Counted from the stretch's first letter, positions 1 to 12,619 are shown. The stretch: 64,000 bases of DNA from Anaeramoeba ignava BMAN (GCA_028826165.1 JAPDFW010000063.1:992001-1056000); one strand, 5' to 3'. Translations and numbers: made by a program. Notes: a model not told the origin generated them from the sequence alone.

Positions 1-406
1 ACTAAAGAACTAAATCCACATTGCTGAAATGACAGAACAGGTTTAGGTACATCAAATGCTGAAACCCGAATCTGCTTTTCATTTCTAATTTTTTTAACTT
101 CTTGATCTGAAAGTGTTGCAATTTGAGGATTTTCTTGATAAAAATTTTTGTTGAACTCAAAATATTCAATTTCTGAATGGTTAACTTCATCAAGCGGAAC
201 AACCGCTTTTTTACGTGATTTTAGATCAACAATGGGGTTGTCATCTGAGTCGAATTCAATTTCAAATTCGGATTTTTGCTGAAGAAGAAAATTTTCATTT
301 TTTAAATGAGGTTCTAAATTAGAAATGCCAATGTCATGACCAGTAAGATGAAGATAGCTATCAATTTCATCAATTTCATCAATATCGTTTCTAATTTGCT
401 GATAAA

Positions 407-439
<33 letters not shown>

Positions 440-686
440 GTTTTGTTTGAATCAATTTTTTGTTTACTCAAAATTCTCTTGATTAATTTTATCAAGAAAT
501 AATTTTTACTTTCTCTTTGTTATTTTTTTTATTTGGATCATCCTTCTCTAAGTCGTTCATAAATTTATCAAGTGCATCTTCACTTTCACTTGAGCTTTCA
601 TTATCATTTTGATTAAAATTAGTTATTGAAGTTTGATCTTTTTCATCTTCATCAGCAAAATATTTATCTTCAAAAGAATCACTCAT
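1..686 (-). CDS. DDX42: DEAD-box RNA helicase DDX42/SF3b125-like, 5' part (continues beyond window start); exons 686-510 and 398-1
   Basis: ATG 686; GT-AG intron 509-399 in phase 0. Spliced translation ...EDALDKFMNDL...IRNDIDEID...EFDSDDNPIV...PLDEVNHSEIEYFEFNKNFYQENPQIATLSDQEVKKIRNEKQIRVSAFDVPKPVLSFQQCGF matches the N-terminus and Q-motif lead-in of DDX42. The helicase core is outside the window, so the DDX42 versus DDX46 call rests on the N-terminus. Confidence 0.75.
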
Positions 687-847
687 AAAAAATGAAAAGA
701 AAAAAATGAAAAGAAAAAAAATGAAAAAAAAAAAAAAATCAAAAAGTGGATTGTTAAGTCATATTTTATTCTCCTTTAGTTTATTAATAAACTTAAGTAA
801 ATAAAATTGAATCTAGACAATTTTTTGAACTTTTTTCATAAATTTTT

Positions 848-2795
848 CTATTGATTTTGTCTTCTAAATTCTAAAGGAGTATTTGCCCGTTCAAGAAAAA
901 TTCTTGTCATAGGATCAACAGGACCAGGAGGAGTAGAAAAGATAGTCTCGCGCAAAAAAATGGACTCTCTATTTCGGATGGGAGACATTTCATAGCGAAT
1001 AAAGAGATAAAACATAAGGGAAATCTGAAAAAAAAAGCAGAGAAAACCGAATAAATAAGAAAAACCAAAAGGGAAAAGATGAACATAGAAATGCAATAAG
1101 AATTGAGAAGCGAGATGCGTTATTGAATATATCCGCATTGCGGGTTTTGTGCGAGCAAATAAAACAAGAAAAATCTCTGAGCTCCATGAGCACAAAACGA
1201 TGACCAAAGTCAAGAAAAAATCATTAACAAGCTCAGAAACAAGGAAAAGTGCACCTCCAAAGATCACGCTAAAAAGAAGACTTCTTAAGGAAAGAACAGG
1301 TGCAGGAAAGGAACTTTGTCCGTGATTGAAAAAATGGTTGAGTATCACGCCGAGAACAAGGAATAGAAGCATTTCCTGAAGAAATATCCCCATGATTTGG
1401 CTGATCACAAGGGAAATGAATAGTGATTTTGGCAAAAGCCTGAATAATAACAACGGTGTTTGAAAACCAAGCAGAATCGTGAGCAGAGTTTATCATCCTG
1501 CGAAAGGTTTGTGTGCCAGACATTCTTTTGATGATGGATAAATGATGAGGATTTTGATCCTCGCTCGAGTATTCTTGTTGTAATTCTTTTTCATTGAAAT
1601 GCCTGTCAATCTCGACTATACTTTTGAGCTCTTCTCTCATTGGCTGTCTGTAAGGTGACGAGAGGTCTTTTACAAAGGAATCATCGCCAATAACAAGATA
1701 TCCTTTTGCATCAAAATATGATTTGAAACTATTTATCACAATTGGTGGATTCAAGAATATTTTGGTGAAGATTGTGTGAATTTTTTTGCCAACAAAACAT
1801 TGCTCAGTTAACGGCACCTGGATTGTTAGCAAAGATATGTTATAGCGCTGATATTCTTCCTCTGGTATCAATAAGAACCCGGGTATTTTTGAGTAAAGAT
1901 AGGTTGTTCGCGATCCTAATAATGACATCGAATATAATTCCCCAATCAAAGGCAACAGAATTTCTTCAATTTTATTGAAGAAGTGTTGTGTCTTTGTTGC
2001 CGTCTTTTTTTTCTCCATATTCTCCTGAATCTTGCTTTGTTTTTGCCGCATTTTTTGGTACGCATCAAGAAATATAGCAATTTTCGAATCCGGATTTTGA
2101 TTCTTGAGGATTCTCTTTTGGATTGATTCAAATAAAGTAGTAGGACGTGGTTTTTGGCTTATATTTTCATTTCTAGTAAAATTGGAATAAATACTATTTG
2201 GGGAATGGTCAACTATCTCCGAATAAAACATGTCATTGTAATTATTGCGCTTTTTAGGATCGTTATTTTGGGAATTATACATATTGATATTTATATTTTC
2301 TATTTGATCCAAATCGGAGTTAAATGGACCTATGTTTTCTGGGAAAGAGTAGATAAAATGTTCAAATCTTGAAAGAAAAGGGGTTGTCCGTTTTGATAAT
2401 TTTTCTTTTTCCCTGTTATTTTGTGGGATCCAAAATTGAGATTTATAAAACACAGTATGGATATCATCAACAATTTCAAATCTAATTACATCTGCTTTTT
2501 CAATTAATCCTTCAATCCAATTATCTTTTTGAATAATTGAATTAAAGCATCCTTCCTTTTTTTGTGGATTTGCAACATATTTCTGATGCAAACTTATAAA
2601 TTGGTAAAAGCCAGCACTAAGAATGACAAATAAAAAAAGAATAACAAGTGGTCCAAAAGATAAACATCGCGACGATTGAAGTCTTCCTCTTAAATAATAA
2701 TGATATAATCCTGTCACATGATCTGGATGAATAAGAACTCCATTTAATTGATTATTTTCATTTTGATTTTCGTTTTGGTGATTATTTCTTCTCAT
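848..2795 (-). CDS. TMEM259: Membralin (TMEM259)-like ER membrane protein, split over two frames by a 1-nt frameshift near 1427-1480
   Basis: ORF 1269-2795 has an N-terminal TM (FISLHQKYV) and YLYSKIPGFLLIPEEEYQRYNISLLTIQVPLTEQCF. ORF 848-1453 has the multi-TM C-terminus (SELVNDFFLTLVIVLCSWSSEIF...FYLFIRYEM). Both parts resemble membralin. Confidence 0.7.
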
Positions 2796-2974
2796 AATTT
2801 ACTTTTTAAAAACAAAAGAAGGAAAAAAATGAAAAATTATGAAATGAAAAAAAAATTTTTTTTGTTATTATTTTTGGAGAGGAAAACAAAGAAAAAAAAG
2901 AAAAAAAAATAAAACGGAAAAAGTGGAAAAAGTGAAAAAAAAAAGTGATTGATTTCTTTCCTTTTCTTTTCTTT

Positions 2975-5900
2975 TTAATTGATATCTCCAATTCTTGTCC
3001 AATCACTCGAGTTATATGATGGAATATTTGGATTCATAATATCATCTCTCAATTTTCTTTTAGATCTGCGTTTTTGATAGATCACGAGGAAAATAATAAT
3101 AGCAGAAACAACAACAACAGGAACAACAACGGAAGCAACAATAACACCTGTTTTAGATTCTGATTTAGATGTTTGACAAGTTGAACCATCTATAAAAAAT
3201 CACAAAAAAGGAAATTTTTGATTATTAATAATAGATTGATTGTTAAATTGATTTTACCTCCACCACAAACTCCACAAGGATCAACTTCGCATTGACAAAG
3301 AACTTCACTTTTCTCAATCGTTAAAGTTCTGCTTGTTGGATCTAATGATATTGTAGCTGGATTAAGTCTACCAAATGAAACAGGTCCATTCCAACCTATT
3401 TTATTCAAAAAGAATAAAAAATGATTATTTTCAACAAAAAGCAACGAGAGAAATCAAAAGCAAACCATTTGGGAAAGATGTAATTGGAATTACATCAACT
3501 TCTCCAGTAAGTGACGATAGTTGTAAATTTGTTTTCAAATATTTCACAGTGAAAACAGTATCTCCTTTTATAAAGCATTTTGTCCATGAATTCATATCTA
3601 GTTCTGTGCTTCCAATCCAAAAATTACCGGAATATTCATAAGCATAATAAGTAGAGTCGGTAAGAATTTGTGAAATGGTAGCATTTACAGCCCAAAGAAA
3701 TTGAGAAGAATTTAAATAGTTTCCAAAAGAATCTATCAAAGAATAAGAATAAGAATAATAATAATAATAAGAATAAGAATAAGAATAAGAATAAGAATAA
3801 GAATAAGAATAAGAATAAGAATAAGAATAAGAATAAGAATAAGAATAATAATAAGAATAATAAGAATAATAAGAATAATAAGAATAATAAGAATAATAAG
3901 AATAATAAGAATAATAATAAGAATAATAATAATAATAAGAATAATAAGAATAATAAGAATAAGAATAATAAGAATAAGAATAATAAGAATAATAAGAATA
4001 ATAAGAATAATAAGAATAATAAGAATAATAAGAATAAGAATAAGAATAATAATAAGAATAAGAATAATAAGAATAATAATAAGAATAATAATAAGAATAA
4101 TAATAAGAATAATAATAATAATAAGAATAATAAGAATAATAAGAATAATAAGAATAATAAGAATAAGAATAATTTACTATCAGGACTTGAACTCATAGTT
4201 AAGAAAGAAATATTATTCCAAGAACCCCAAAAACCTAAACTACCAATCTAAAAAAAATAATCAAAACAATTTAAATTAAATTAAATTAAATCAAATCAAA
4301 TCAAATCAAATCAATTTAAATCAAATCAAATTAAAATTAATATTAAATTAAATCAAATTAAATTAAATCAAATCAATTTAAAATCAAATCAAATCAAATC
4401 AAATCAAATCAAATCAAATCAAATCAAATCAAATCAAATCAAATCAAATCAAATCAAATCAAATCAAATCAAATCAAATCAAATCAAATCAAATCAAATC
4501 AAATCAAATCAAATCAAATCAAATTAAATTAAATTAAATTAAATCAAATTAAATTAAATCAAATCAAATTAAATTAAATTAAAATTAAATTAAAATCAAA
4601 TTAAATCAAATCAAATCAAATCAAAATTAATATTAAATCAAATTAAATCAAATAAATTAATATTAAATTAAATTAAATTAAATTAAATTAAATTAAATCA
4701 AATCAAATCAAATTAATTTAAAATCAAATCAAATTAAAATTAAATTAAATTAAATCAAATTAAATTAAATCAAATTAATTTAAATCAAATCAAATCAAAT
4801 CAAATCAAATCAAATCAAATCAAATTAAATCAAATCAAATCAAATCAAATCAAATTAAATCAAATTAAATCAAATTAAATCAAATTAAATCAAATTAAAT
4901 CAAATTAAAATCAAATCAAATCAAATCAAATCAAATCAAATTAAATTAAATCAATATTAAATTAAATTAAATTAAATCAAATCAAATCAAATTAAATTAA
5001 ATTAAATTAAATTAAATCAAATTAAATTAAATCAAATCAAATCAAATCAAATCAAATTAAATCAAATTAAATTAAAATTAATTAAATTAATATTAAAATC
5101 AAATTAAATCAATTTAAAATCAAATTAAAATTAAATTAAATCGAATCAAATTAAATTAAATCAAATCAAATCAAATTAAATTAAATCAATTTAAAATCAA
5201 TTTAAAATCAATTTAAAAAAATGAATATGATAGTAAAAATAAGAAATCTCACTTGTAACCAATCATCTTTATGACGACTAGAAACATCAGGAATTTGGAA
5301 ATGAACATCTGATTGTTGGATTGTTGCTGTAAATTTATAAGAAGAAGTATATTCGCAATTTGATGGATATGGTGATGTTCCATTATTGGTAGTAAAATAA
5401 ATTTCATTGCAAGCAAGACGGTTTGTGGAATTAGAAAGAAGAATTTGAACCTTCCATTGTCCTAAAGGAAGTTCTGGAACACTAAATTAGAATGAATTAA
5501 GAATTATTTCAAAAAAGAAAAGAATTTAATATAATATTAATTGAAAAGATCTCTTTTAATTTTTAATTTAATTTTCATTTGATGAAGAAATAAATAATTT
5601 AAAATTGAAAAATTCTTTTTTATATTTGTGTTTTCAAAAAAAAAAGGGTTACTCTAAATTAATTTCTTGGAAAATATATTCGCCAGGAGAAACTGGGCAG
5701 TTAATTTGATTAGAAACTGAACAAATATCAACGGGAACTTTCATCCAAGGTTCTCCAGCAAAGTCTTGATACCAAATCTGTTAATTTCCAAAAAAAAATA
5801 ATAAAAAAAAAGCAAAAAAATAATAAATAAATAAAAGAATAAAAGTAAAACAATTAATTTAGTTTTAATTTGTTTACAGTGACTGTTGCAGATGAACCTT

Positions 5901-6099
5901 CAGGGATAGATGCACCAGGAATAACAGAATAATTAAACGAAAAAGTAATTGGTTGGTTAATTTGAAGGAAATTATCTGGAAAATCGTATGATTCAAAAAC
6001 AACTGGGTCTGTATCTGCACCACAATTATTGAAAGAAAAAGATGCAAATGAATAGTTCAAAAAAATTAAGAAAAAAACAAAAAAAGTAATGATCTTCAT
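2975..6099 (-). CDS. Type I membrane protein: signal peptide, ML (MD-2/NPC2-like lipid-recognition) domain, unknown ectodomain, Cys motif, TM, short tail; 7 exons
   Basis: Exons 6099-5878, 5777-5653, 5481-5253, 4247-4178, 3732-~3466, ~3395-~3259, ~3189-2975 join through GT-AG introns. FSFNNCG...DICSVSNQINCPVSPGEY...LPLGQWKVQILLSNSTNRLACNEI is the ML pattern. DPCGVCGGDGSTC precedes the TM VIVASVVVPVVVVSAIIIFLVIY and QKRRSKRK. Confidence 0.75.
3741..4170. repeat. Intronic (AAT/AAG) microsatellite
   Basis: AATAAG/AATAAT mixtures fill intron 4 of the ML gene. Confidence 0.95.
4260..5215. repeat. Intronic pentanucleotide (AAATC/AAATT) microsatellite
   Basis: Fills most of intron 3 (4248-5252) of the ML gene. 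Confidence 0.95.
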
Positions 6100-6340
6100 T
6101 TTAAAAGAATTTGGGAAAGAATAAAAAGGTGAAGTAAAATGAAAATGAAAAAAACAAAATAAACAAAAACAAAATAAACAAAAAAAACAAAATAAAAATA
6201 AAAATAAAAAGTTGGTTTGTTCAATTAAAAAAAAAAAGAAAGGAGAAAAAAAAATTAAAAAAAAAGAAAGGAGAAAAAATTATTTTTTTATTTTTCATTT
6301 TTTATTTTTTATTTTTCATTTTTCATTTTCCTCTTTTTAA

Positions 6341-7907
6341 ATGGCTCTTGGAATTCCATTAAAACTTTTACATGAATCAGAAGGATTTATAATAACGGTT
6401 GAATTAAAAATAGGAGATATTTATCGAGGATATTTAACAGAAGCAGAAGACAACATGAATTTACAATTACAAAATGTGACTATGACAGCTAAAAACGGAC
6501 AAATATCAACATTAGAAGAAGTTTATATAAGAGGTTCTCTTGTAAAATTTATAATTGTTCCAGATATGCTTAAAAATGCTCCTATGTTTCGTGTTCCTAC
6601 AGAGGGAAGAGGAAAAGGTTTGGGCCCAATTCGTGGTCGTGGAAGAGGTGGCGGAAGAGGTAGAGGTTCAGTTGGTCGTGGTTCGGTTTTTAATCAAAAA
6701 ACTCAAAGAGGTAATTCTTATTTTTTGTTAATAAATATTTCCATTTAAAAAATTAAAATTATATTTAAAATCAAAATTAAAATTATATTTAAAATTAAAA
6801 TAAAAATTCATTTATAAAATTAAAATTAAAATTCATTTATGAAATTAAAATTAAAATTAAAATTATAAAATTAAAATCAAAATTAAAATTAAAATTAAAA
6901 TTAAAATTAAAATTAAAATCAAAATTAAAATTAAAATTAAAATTATAATTAAAATTAAAATTAAAATTAAAATTAAAATTAAAATTAAAATTAAAATTAA
7001 AATTAAAATTAAAAATTAAAATTAAAATTAAAATTAAAATTATAATTAAAATTAAAATTAAAATTAAAATTAAAATTCATTTATAAAATTAAAATTATAT
7101 TTAAAATTAAAATTAAAATCAAAATTAAAATTAAAATCAAAAATAAAAATTAAAATCAAAATTATAATTAAAATTAAAATCAAAATCAAAATAAAAATTA
7201 AAATTAAAATTAAAATTAAAAATCAAAATTAAAATTAAAATTAAAATTAAAATTATATTTAAAATTATATTTAAAATTAAAATTAAAAATTATATTTAAA
7301 ATTATATTTAAAATTAAAATTAAAATTAAAATTAAAATTAAAATTAAAATTATATTTAAATTTAAAATTAAAATTAAAATTCATTTATAAAATTAAATTA
7401 AAATTAAAATTAAAATTAAAATTAAAAATAAAATTAAAATTAATATTAAAATTAAAATTAAAATTAAAATTAAAATTAAAATTAAAATTAAAAATTAAAA
7501 TTAAAATTAAAATTAAAATTAAAATTAAAATTAAAAATTAAAATTATATATTTAAAAATTATATTTAAAAATCAAAATTAAAATTAAAATTAAAATTAAA
7601 ATTAAAATTAAAATTAAAATTAAAATTAAAATTAAAATTAAAATTCATTTATAAAATTAAAATTAAAATTAAAATTAAAATTAAAATTAAAATTAAAATT
7701 AAAATTAAAATTAAAATTAAAATTAAAATTAAAATTAAAATTATATTTAAAATCAAAATTAAAATTAAAATTAAAATTAAAATTAAAATTAAAATTAAAA
7801 TTAAAATTAAAATTAAAATTATATTTAAAATTATATTTAAATTAAAATTAATATTAAAATTAATATTAAAATTAAAATTAAAATTATAAAAAATAGGAAG
7901 AAAATGA
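6341..7907 (+). CDS. SNRPD3: Small nuclear ribonucleoprotein Sm D3; exon 1 6341-6710, probable 11-nt last coding exon 7897-7907
   Basis: MALGIPLKLLHESEGFIITVELKIGDIYRG...EAEDNMN...VYIRGSLVKFIIVPDMLKNAPMF with an RG-rich tail. Donor G|GTAATT at 6711; acceptor ATAG at 7896 gives ...QRGRK*. Confidence 0.93.
6750..7890. repeat. (TTAAAA)n hexamer microsatellite filling the SmD3 intron
   Basis: Over 1.1 kb of degenerate TTAAAA repeats. Confidence 0.95.
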
Positions 7908-8077
7908 TTATAATGTTGACACTTTTAATCATAAACCATTTTTTTTCAAAAAGAATTTTCTTTAAAACTTAACAAAATAATAAAAATTATTTCAAATAAA
8001 AAAAATCTTTTTAAAATTTTTTCAGTTTTTCAAAAATCAAAATTCATTTTTTTCTTTTTCTTTTTCTTTTAATTTAA

Positions 8078-8768
8078 ATGGAAAAAACAATAATTTATGT
8101 TGGTAAATAAATAGATAAATAATAATTCATTCTTGAGTTAAAATTTGTTGAATTAAAAGGATTTAATTCTTATTTATTATTTAAAAAAAAATTAGGAGGA
8201 CTTGATTCTGTTGTAACAAAACAAACACTTATTGCAGCATTTTCTCCATTTGGAGAGATTTTGAAAGTCCGTTTAGACATAGATCCAGTTACAAGTATTA
8301 AAATTCCGATTTTGTTTAATTTTAATTTTTAATTTTTAATTTTTAATTTTTAAATTTTAATTTTGATTTTTAATTTTAGAAAAACATAAAGGATATGGAT
8401 TTGTACAATTTGAATTTTCTGAAGATGCAGATGCTGCTATAGATAATATGGATAAATCAGAAATATTTGGAAAGGTTATTTCTGTAAATTTAGCGAGAAA
8501 AGACACTTTAATTCATTATAGAAATCATAAAACTGCTCTTTGGAAATCTCGTGAATATTTTGATTTTGCTCAAAAAATTTCAACAAAAAAAGAAAATGAA
8601 GTCAATGATTCGAAAGAAACAAATGAAACAAATGAAACAAATGAAACAAATGAAACAAATGAAACAAATGAAACAAATAATCGAGAAAATTTGGATGAAA
8701 AAAAAAAGATGATTTTAGAAAAATTTCAATTAAAATATAAAATTCAAAATGAAAATGAAAATAATTAA
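8078..8768 (+). CDS. RRM protein resembling the N-terminal RRM of cyclophilin-33/PPIE, with no cyclophilin domain; exons 8078-8102, 8196-8294, 8380-8768
   Basis: Spliced: [83 protein letters not shown]2 and RNP1 are present, plus the PPIE-like AAIDNM..SE.FG..I.VNLA. Confidence 0.8.
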
Positions 8769-9110
8769 TAAAAATAAATAATCAATAAAAATAAATTTGA
8801 AAAATTTATTGATGTTTTCTTATTAAAATAAATTCTTCAATTTTCCAAATTAAAATTAAAATTAAAATCAAAATCAAAATCAAAATAAAAATTTTTGAAT
8901 GAGTTGAATTGGATTTATTCCTTAAAACTGAAATTGAAACTGAAATTAAAAGTGAAAATGAAAATGAAATTGAAAAAGAAATTGAAAAAAAGAAATTTGA
9001 TCTTTTTTTGTTTTCTTTGTTTTCTTTGTTGATAAATTGAGGTTTTTATCCGATCAAATTATCTTCTTTTTGAAAAATGGGAAAAAAGAAAATGAAAAAG
9101 AAAATGGAAT

Positions 9111-10058
9111 TTAAAGAGCTTTGCAACCAGTTCCATAATTAGCATAATTAGCAATACCACAAGTATTTGTATCATATTCCAATTTGATGTAACCACTTTC
9201 ACCCCAATCAGCACCCCATGAATTTTTGACGAGCCAATACTTAATGAGAGCATCAGTATCATAACCAACAAGTAAGACACCATGATCCATTGTCTTTCCA
9301 CATTCAATATCAAGAAAAACGCCACCGATATAGAGTTGCCATGTTGAAGCATCAACACCAACTGAAATTGGGCCATATTCAGCACATGCAGTAGCAAGAC
9401 CTTTCAAATCTCCTTCTGTAAGTGTTTGATAACCTGTAAGTGATGAAACTGATTCGCATTTATCTTTGGTGCAAGATTGATCAACACCAACATAAGGATA
9501 TCCTTTTTCTGAGCAAAGTCCTTTATTATCGATAACCCATTGAAGTGCATTTGCCATTAATCCTCCATCACATCCGTCATCTGTTTTATCACAATCAACA
9601 AGTTCTTGTTCGGATATTGAGTTCAATTTTCCTGATGCAATTTCAGCACATCCTTCAATTGCTCCTGTTGTTGAAAATGCCCAACATGATCCACAATCTC
9701 CTTGATCCTTAACTGGTGTAACTGCTCCTTTAGTGTTCCAATTAATAGATGTTTTCAAATTGTTTACTCTTGGTGATACTGTTTCTTTTTGATCTTCAAT
9801 TTTGATTGGTCTTAAATACTTGCTTTGGAATTCTGCATTTGTTAAATCTGCAAATTTGTTAACTCCAAATCTGGAACTGCTTCCTTTCTTGTTGTGTGCT
9901 TCAATTATCTTAACGTTATCTCGGAAAATCTTGTATCTCATTGCTTCTTCTTCTTCACTGTATTGTTTGTTGTATTTTGCTTTGAATTTTTCAAACATTT
10001 TTTGATATGGTGAGCATGTCACAAAAACAATAAGTAATACCAAAATAATTGCTTTCAT
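9111..10058 (-). CDS. Cathepsin L-like papain-family (C1A) cysteine protease, pre-pro form (copy 1)
   Basis: Signal peptide, I29 prodomain (ERFNIN-like, GVNKFAD), [19 protein letters not shown]; intronless. Confidence 0.95.
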   Translation of the reverse strand: MKAIILVLLIVFVTCSPYQKMFEKFKAKYNKQYSEEEEAMRYKIFRDNVKIIEAHNKKGSSSRFGVNKFADLTNAEFQSKYLRPIKIEDQKETVSPRVNNLKTSINWNTKGAVTPVKDQGDCGSCWAFSTTGAIEGCAEIASGKLNSISEQELVDCDKTDDGCDGGLMANALQWVIDNKGLCSEKGYPYVGVDQSCTKDKCESVSSLTGYQTLTEGDLKGLATACAEYGPISVGVDASTWQLYIGGVFLDIECGKTMDHGVLLVGYDTDALIKYWLVKNSWGADWGESGYIKLEYDTNTCGIANYANYGTGCKAL

Positions 10059-10843
10059 TCTTGTAAAACAAAAAAAATGAAAATGATTTAAAAAAATTTT
10101 TTTTTTTTTAAATAAAAAAATAAATAAGTTTTTAGTTTGAAGCTTTAGTTTTAAATAAAAAATTTTTAATTAAAAAAAACTTTCTTTTTCTTTCTTTTTC
10201 TCCTTTTTTCTTTTTCTTTTTCTTTTTCTTTTTCTTTTTCTTTTTCTTTTTCTTTTAAATTTTAATTTTAATTTTAATTTGATTTTGATATTGATTTTAA
10301 TTTAAAATAATCAATTCCACTTTTAATTTCATTAATAATTTCTTTTTTAATTTTAATTTTAATTTTAATTTTAATTTCATTAATAATTTTAATTTTAATT
10401 TTAATTTTAATTTTAATTTTAATTTTAATTTTAATTTTAATTTTAATTTTGATATTAATTTTAATTTAAAATAATCAATTCCACTTTTTAATTTCATTAA
10501 TAATTTCTTTTTAATTTTGATTTTAATTTTAATTTTGATTTTGATTTTGATTTTAATTTTAATTTTAATTTTAATTTTAATTTTAATTTTAATTTTAATT
10601 TTAATTTTAATTTTAATTTTAATTTTAATTTTAATTTTATAAATGAATTTTAATTTTAATTTTAATTTTAATTTTAATTTTAATTTTAATTTTAATTTTA
10701 ATTTTTATTTTAATTTTAATTTTAATTTTAATTTTAATTTAAAATAATCAATTCCAATTTTAATTGTGATTTTGATTTTAATTGCGATTTTGATTTTAAA
10801 TTTAATTTTGATTTTAATTTTGATTTTAATTTTAATTTTGATT

Positions 10844-12619
10844 TTAATTTTGATTATGATTTTGATTTTGATTATTAAATTTATTAATTAATAAATCAAA
10901 TAAATTTGGATTTGTTTGATTTAATTGAAAATAATCAATTCCTGTTTTAATTTCATCAATTATTTCTTTTGTAATTTTGATTTCTTCTTTAATTTGATTT
11001 GAATAAATCCAATATTCAAATATTTGAAATGATTTATTACTTAATTCACTATAATCTGTAACTTTATTTGATTTATCATTTGTTACAGATAAAAACATTC
11101 CTCGATATAATTCACTTCTCATTATTAATATTAATTTTGGAAATTTATATTGTTTTTCTTTTCTTTCAATTATAAAATCTTTTTCATTTTCATTTAAATA
11201 AATTCTTTTCATTGTTTCTTCAATTTTTTCATTGGAATTTATAATTTCTTTGATTTCAGAATATAATTTTGGATTTATAATTCTGTTTGAATAAATCATT
11301 TCAAATATTTGATTTGATTCTTTAATTGATTTTTTTGAAATAATTTCTTGAAGTTTTTCAATTTGATTTTGATTTTGATTTAATCTATATTTCAATATTA
11401 ATTTATGAGCTTTGATTATTTCTCCATTTTTGGTTTTAAATGAAATATCACAAAATTCTTTTCTTTCAAATAGTTTTATCAAATCTTCTTCAAGATTAGA
11501 AAAAGGAGGAGAAGAATAATAAAGAAATGAGGTCCAATCTCCACAAGAAAGATGATAATTGGAAATATTTTCATTAAATCTTAATTTAGGAAGTTCAATT
11601 TGAATTGGAATTAATTGATTATTTGTATCTCCAGTTCCTAATTGACCATATCTATTATCTCCAAATACGATTAATTTTGAATTAGAAGTTAAAATCAACG
11701 TATGCGATTCAGAAATAGAAAAATCAATAATATTATCATCATTTTCAAATAAAGATGATTTGATTTCAGTAAATTCTTTAATATTTTTATTTTCTTTTCC
11801 AAGTCCATTAAATCGATAATCTCCACATGAATAAAGTTTTCTTTTTGATTTTTGATTTTTATTTTCAATCAACATTATTGAATGCCAATATCCACATTGA
11901 ATATCAATTATTTTACCTTTTGGAATATTTTGGATTTTGGTTAATTTTTGGGTGTATTCTTCTTCTTTTCTTTTTGATTCTCCTAATCCGAGTTGACCAT
12001 ATTCATTATATCCACATCCAAATAATTCTTGATTTGAATTTAAAAGAAAAACAAAACTTGAAGTATTTCCTGAAAATATTTTAGAAACATTTTTCATCAT
12101 TAAAATTGGTTTTTCTGTTTTTCGTGTTTTAGAATCAAAAAATATTTCTCCAAATTTATTAGAACCAATTCCATAAGCATTTTGATTTGAAGTTAATAAG
12201 TAAATTGTATGAGCTCCAGAAACAATATCTTGAATTATTCTATCATTTGTATCTTCAATTAATGATGAAATATTGATAAATTGATTTTGATTTTCTGAAT
12301 TAAGATCATATCCTTTTGCAAATACATTTCCTTCTATTGTTAAAATAGCTTCGTTTCCATGGCCAACAGTTACTTTTTGAATATTTTCTTCAATTTGTAT
12401 TTTTTGGTGATTTGGTTTTGAATATGTTAAATATTCTATTGCTTTTCCATTTTTAAAAAGGAAAATTGTTGATAAATAACTTGATGAAATTTGTTTAATT
12501 TGTTTTTCATTTTCATTTTCATTTTCAAATTTAAATTGAATTGGTTTTTTTAATCCTTCTGGTTTATTTTTGAAAAAAATATGAGCATCATTTAAACCAA
12601 AAAATATAATTTCATTCAT
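10844..12619 (-). CDS. RCC1-repeat and tandem BTB domain protein (copy 1)
   Basis: RCC1 repeats (GCGYNEYGQLGLG, IQCGYWHS, FGDNRYGQLGTG) followed by BTB motifs (FCDISF...IKAHKLILKYR; KDFII...ILIMRSELYRGMF). Confidence 0.9.
   Translation of the reverse strand: MNEIIFFGLNDAHIFFKNKPEGLKKPIQFKFENENENEKQIKQISSSYLSTIFLFKNGKAIEYLTYSKPNHQKIQIEENIQKVTVGHGNEAILTIEGNVFAKGYDLNSENQNQFINISSLIEDTNDRIIQDIVSGAHTIYLLTSNQNAYGIGSNKFGEIFFDSKTRKTEKPILMMKNVSKIFSGNTSSFVFLLNSNQELFGCGYNEYGQLGLGESKRKEEEYTQKLTKIQNIPKGKIIDIQCGYWHSIMLIENKNQKSKRKLYSCGDYRFNGLGKENKNIKEFTEIKSSLFENDDNIIDFSISESHTLILTSNSKLIVFGDNRYGQLGTGDTNNQLIPIQIELPKLRFNENISNYHLSCGDWTSFLYYSSPPFSNLEEDLIKLFERKEFCDISFKTKNGEIIKAHKLILKYRLNQNQNQIEKLQEIISKKSIKESNQIFEMIYSNRIINPKLYSEIKEIINSNEKIEETMKRIYLNENEKDFIIERKEKQYKFPKLILIMRSELYRGMFLSVTNDKSNKVTDYSELSNKSFQIFEYWIYSNQIKEEIKITKEIIDEIKTGIDYFQLNQTNPNLFDLLINKFNNQNQNHNQN

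Noticed and set aside
3636-4196. Long Leu/Phe ORF, and similar ORFs at 36595-36972, 47155-47512, 48185-49078, 53825-54503 and 62387-63500 (minus)
   Set aside because: These are translations of microsatellites, either intronic or intergenic, with no protein signal.
7904-7932. Hairpin ATGATTA...TAATCAT over the SmD3 stop codon as a SECIS or readthrough signal
   Set aside because: No GA quartet geometry; short AT-rich stems are expected by chance.
9059-9397. Recurrent [10 protein letters not shown] / MLFLLLDITL and antisense ORFs overlapping the cathepsins
   Set aside because: Alternative-frame shadows that recur only because the host genes are near-identical duplicates.
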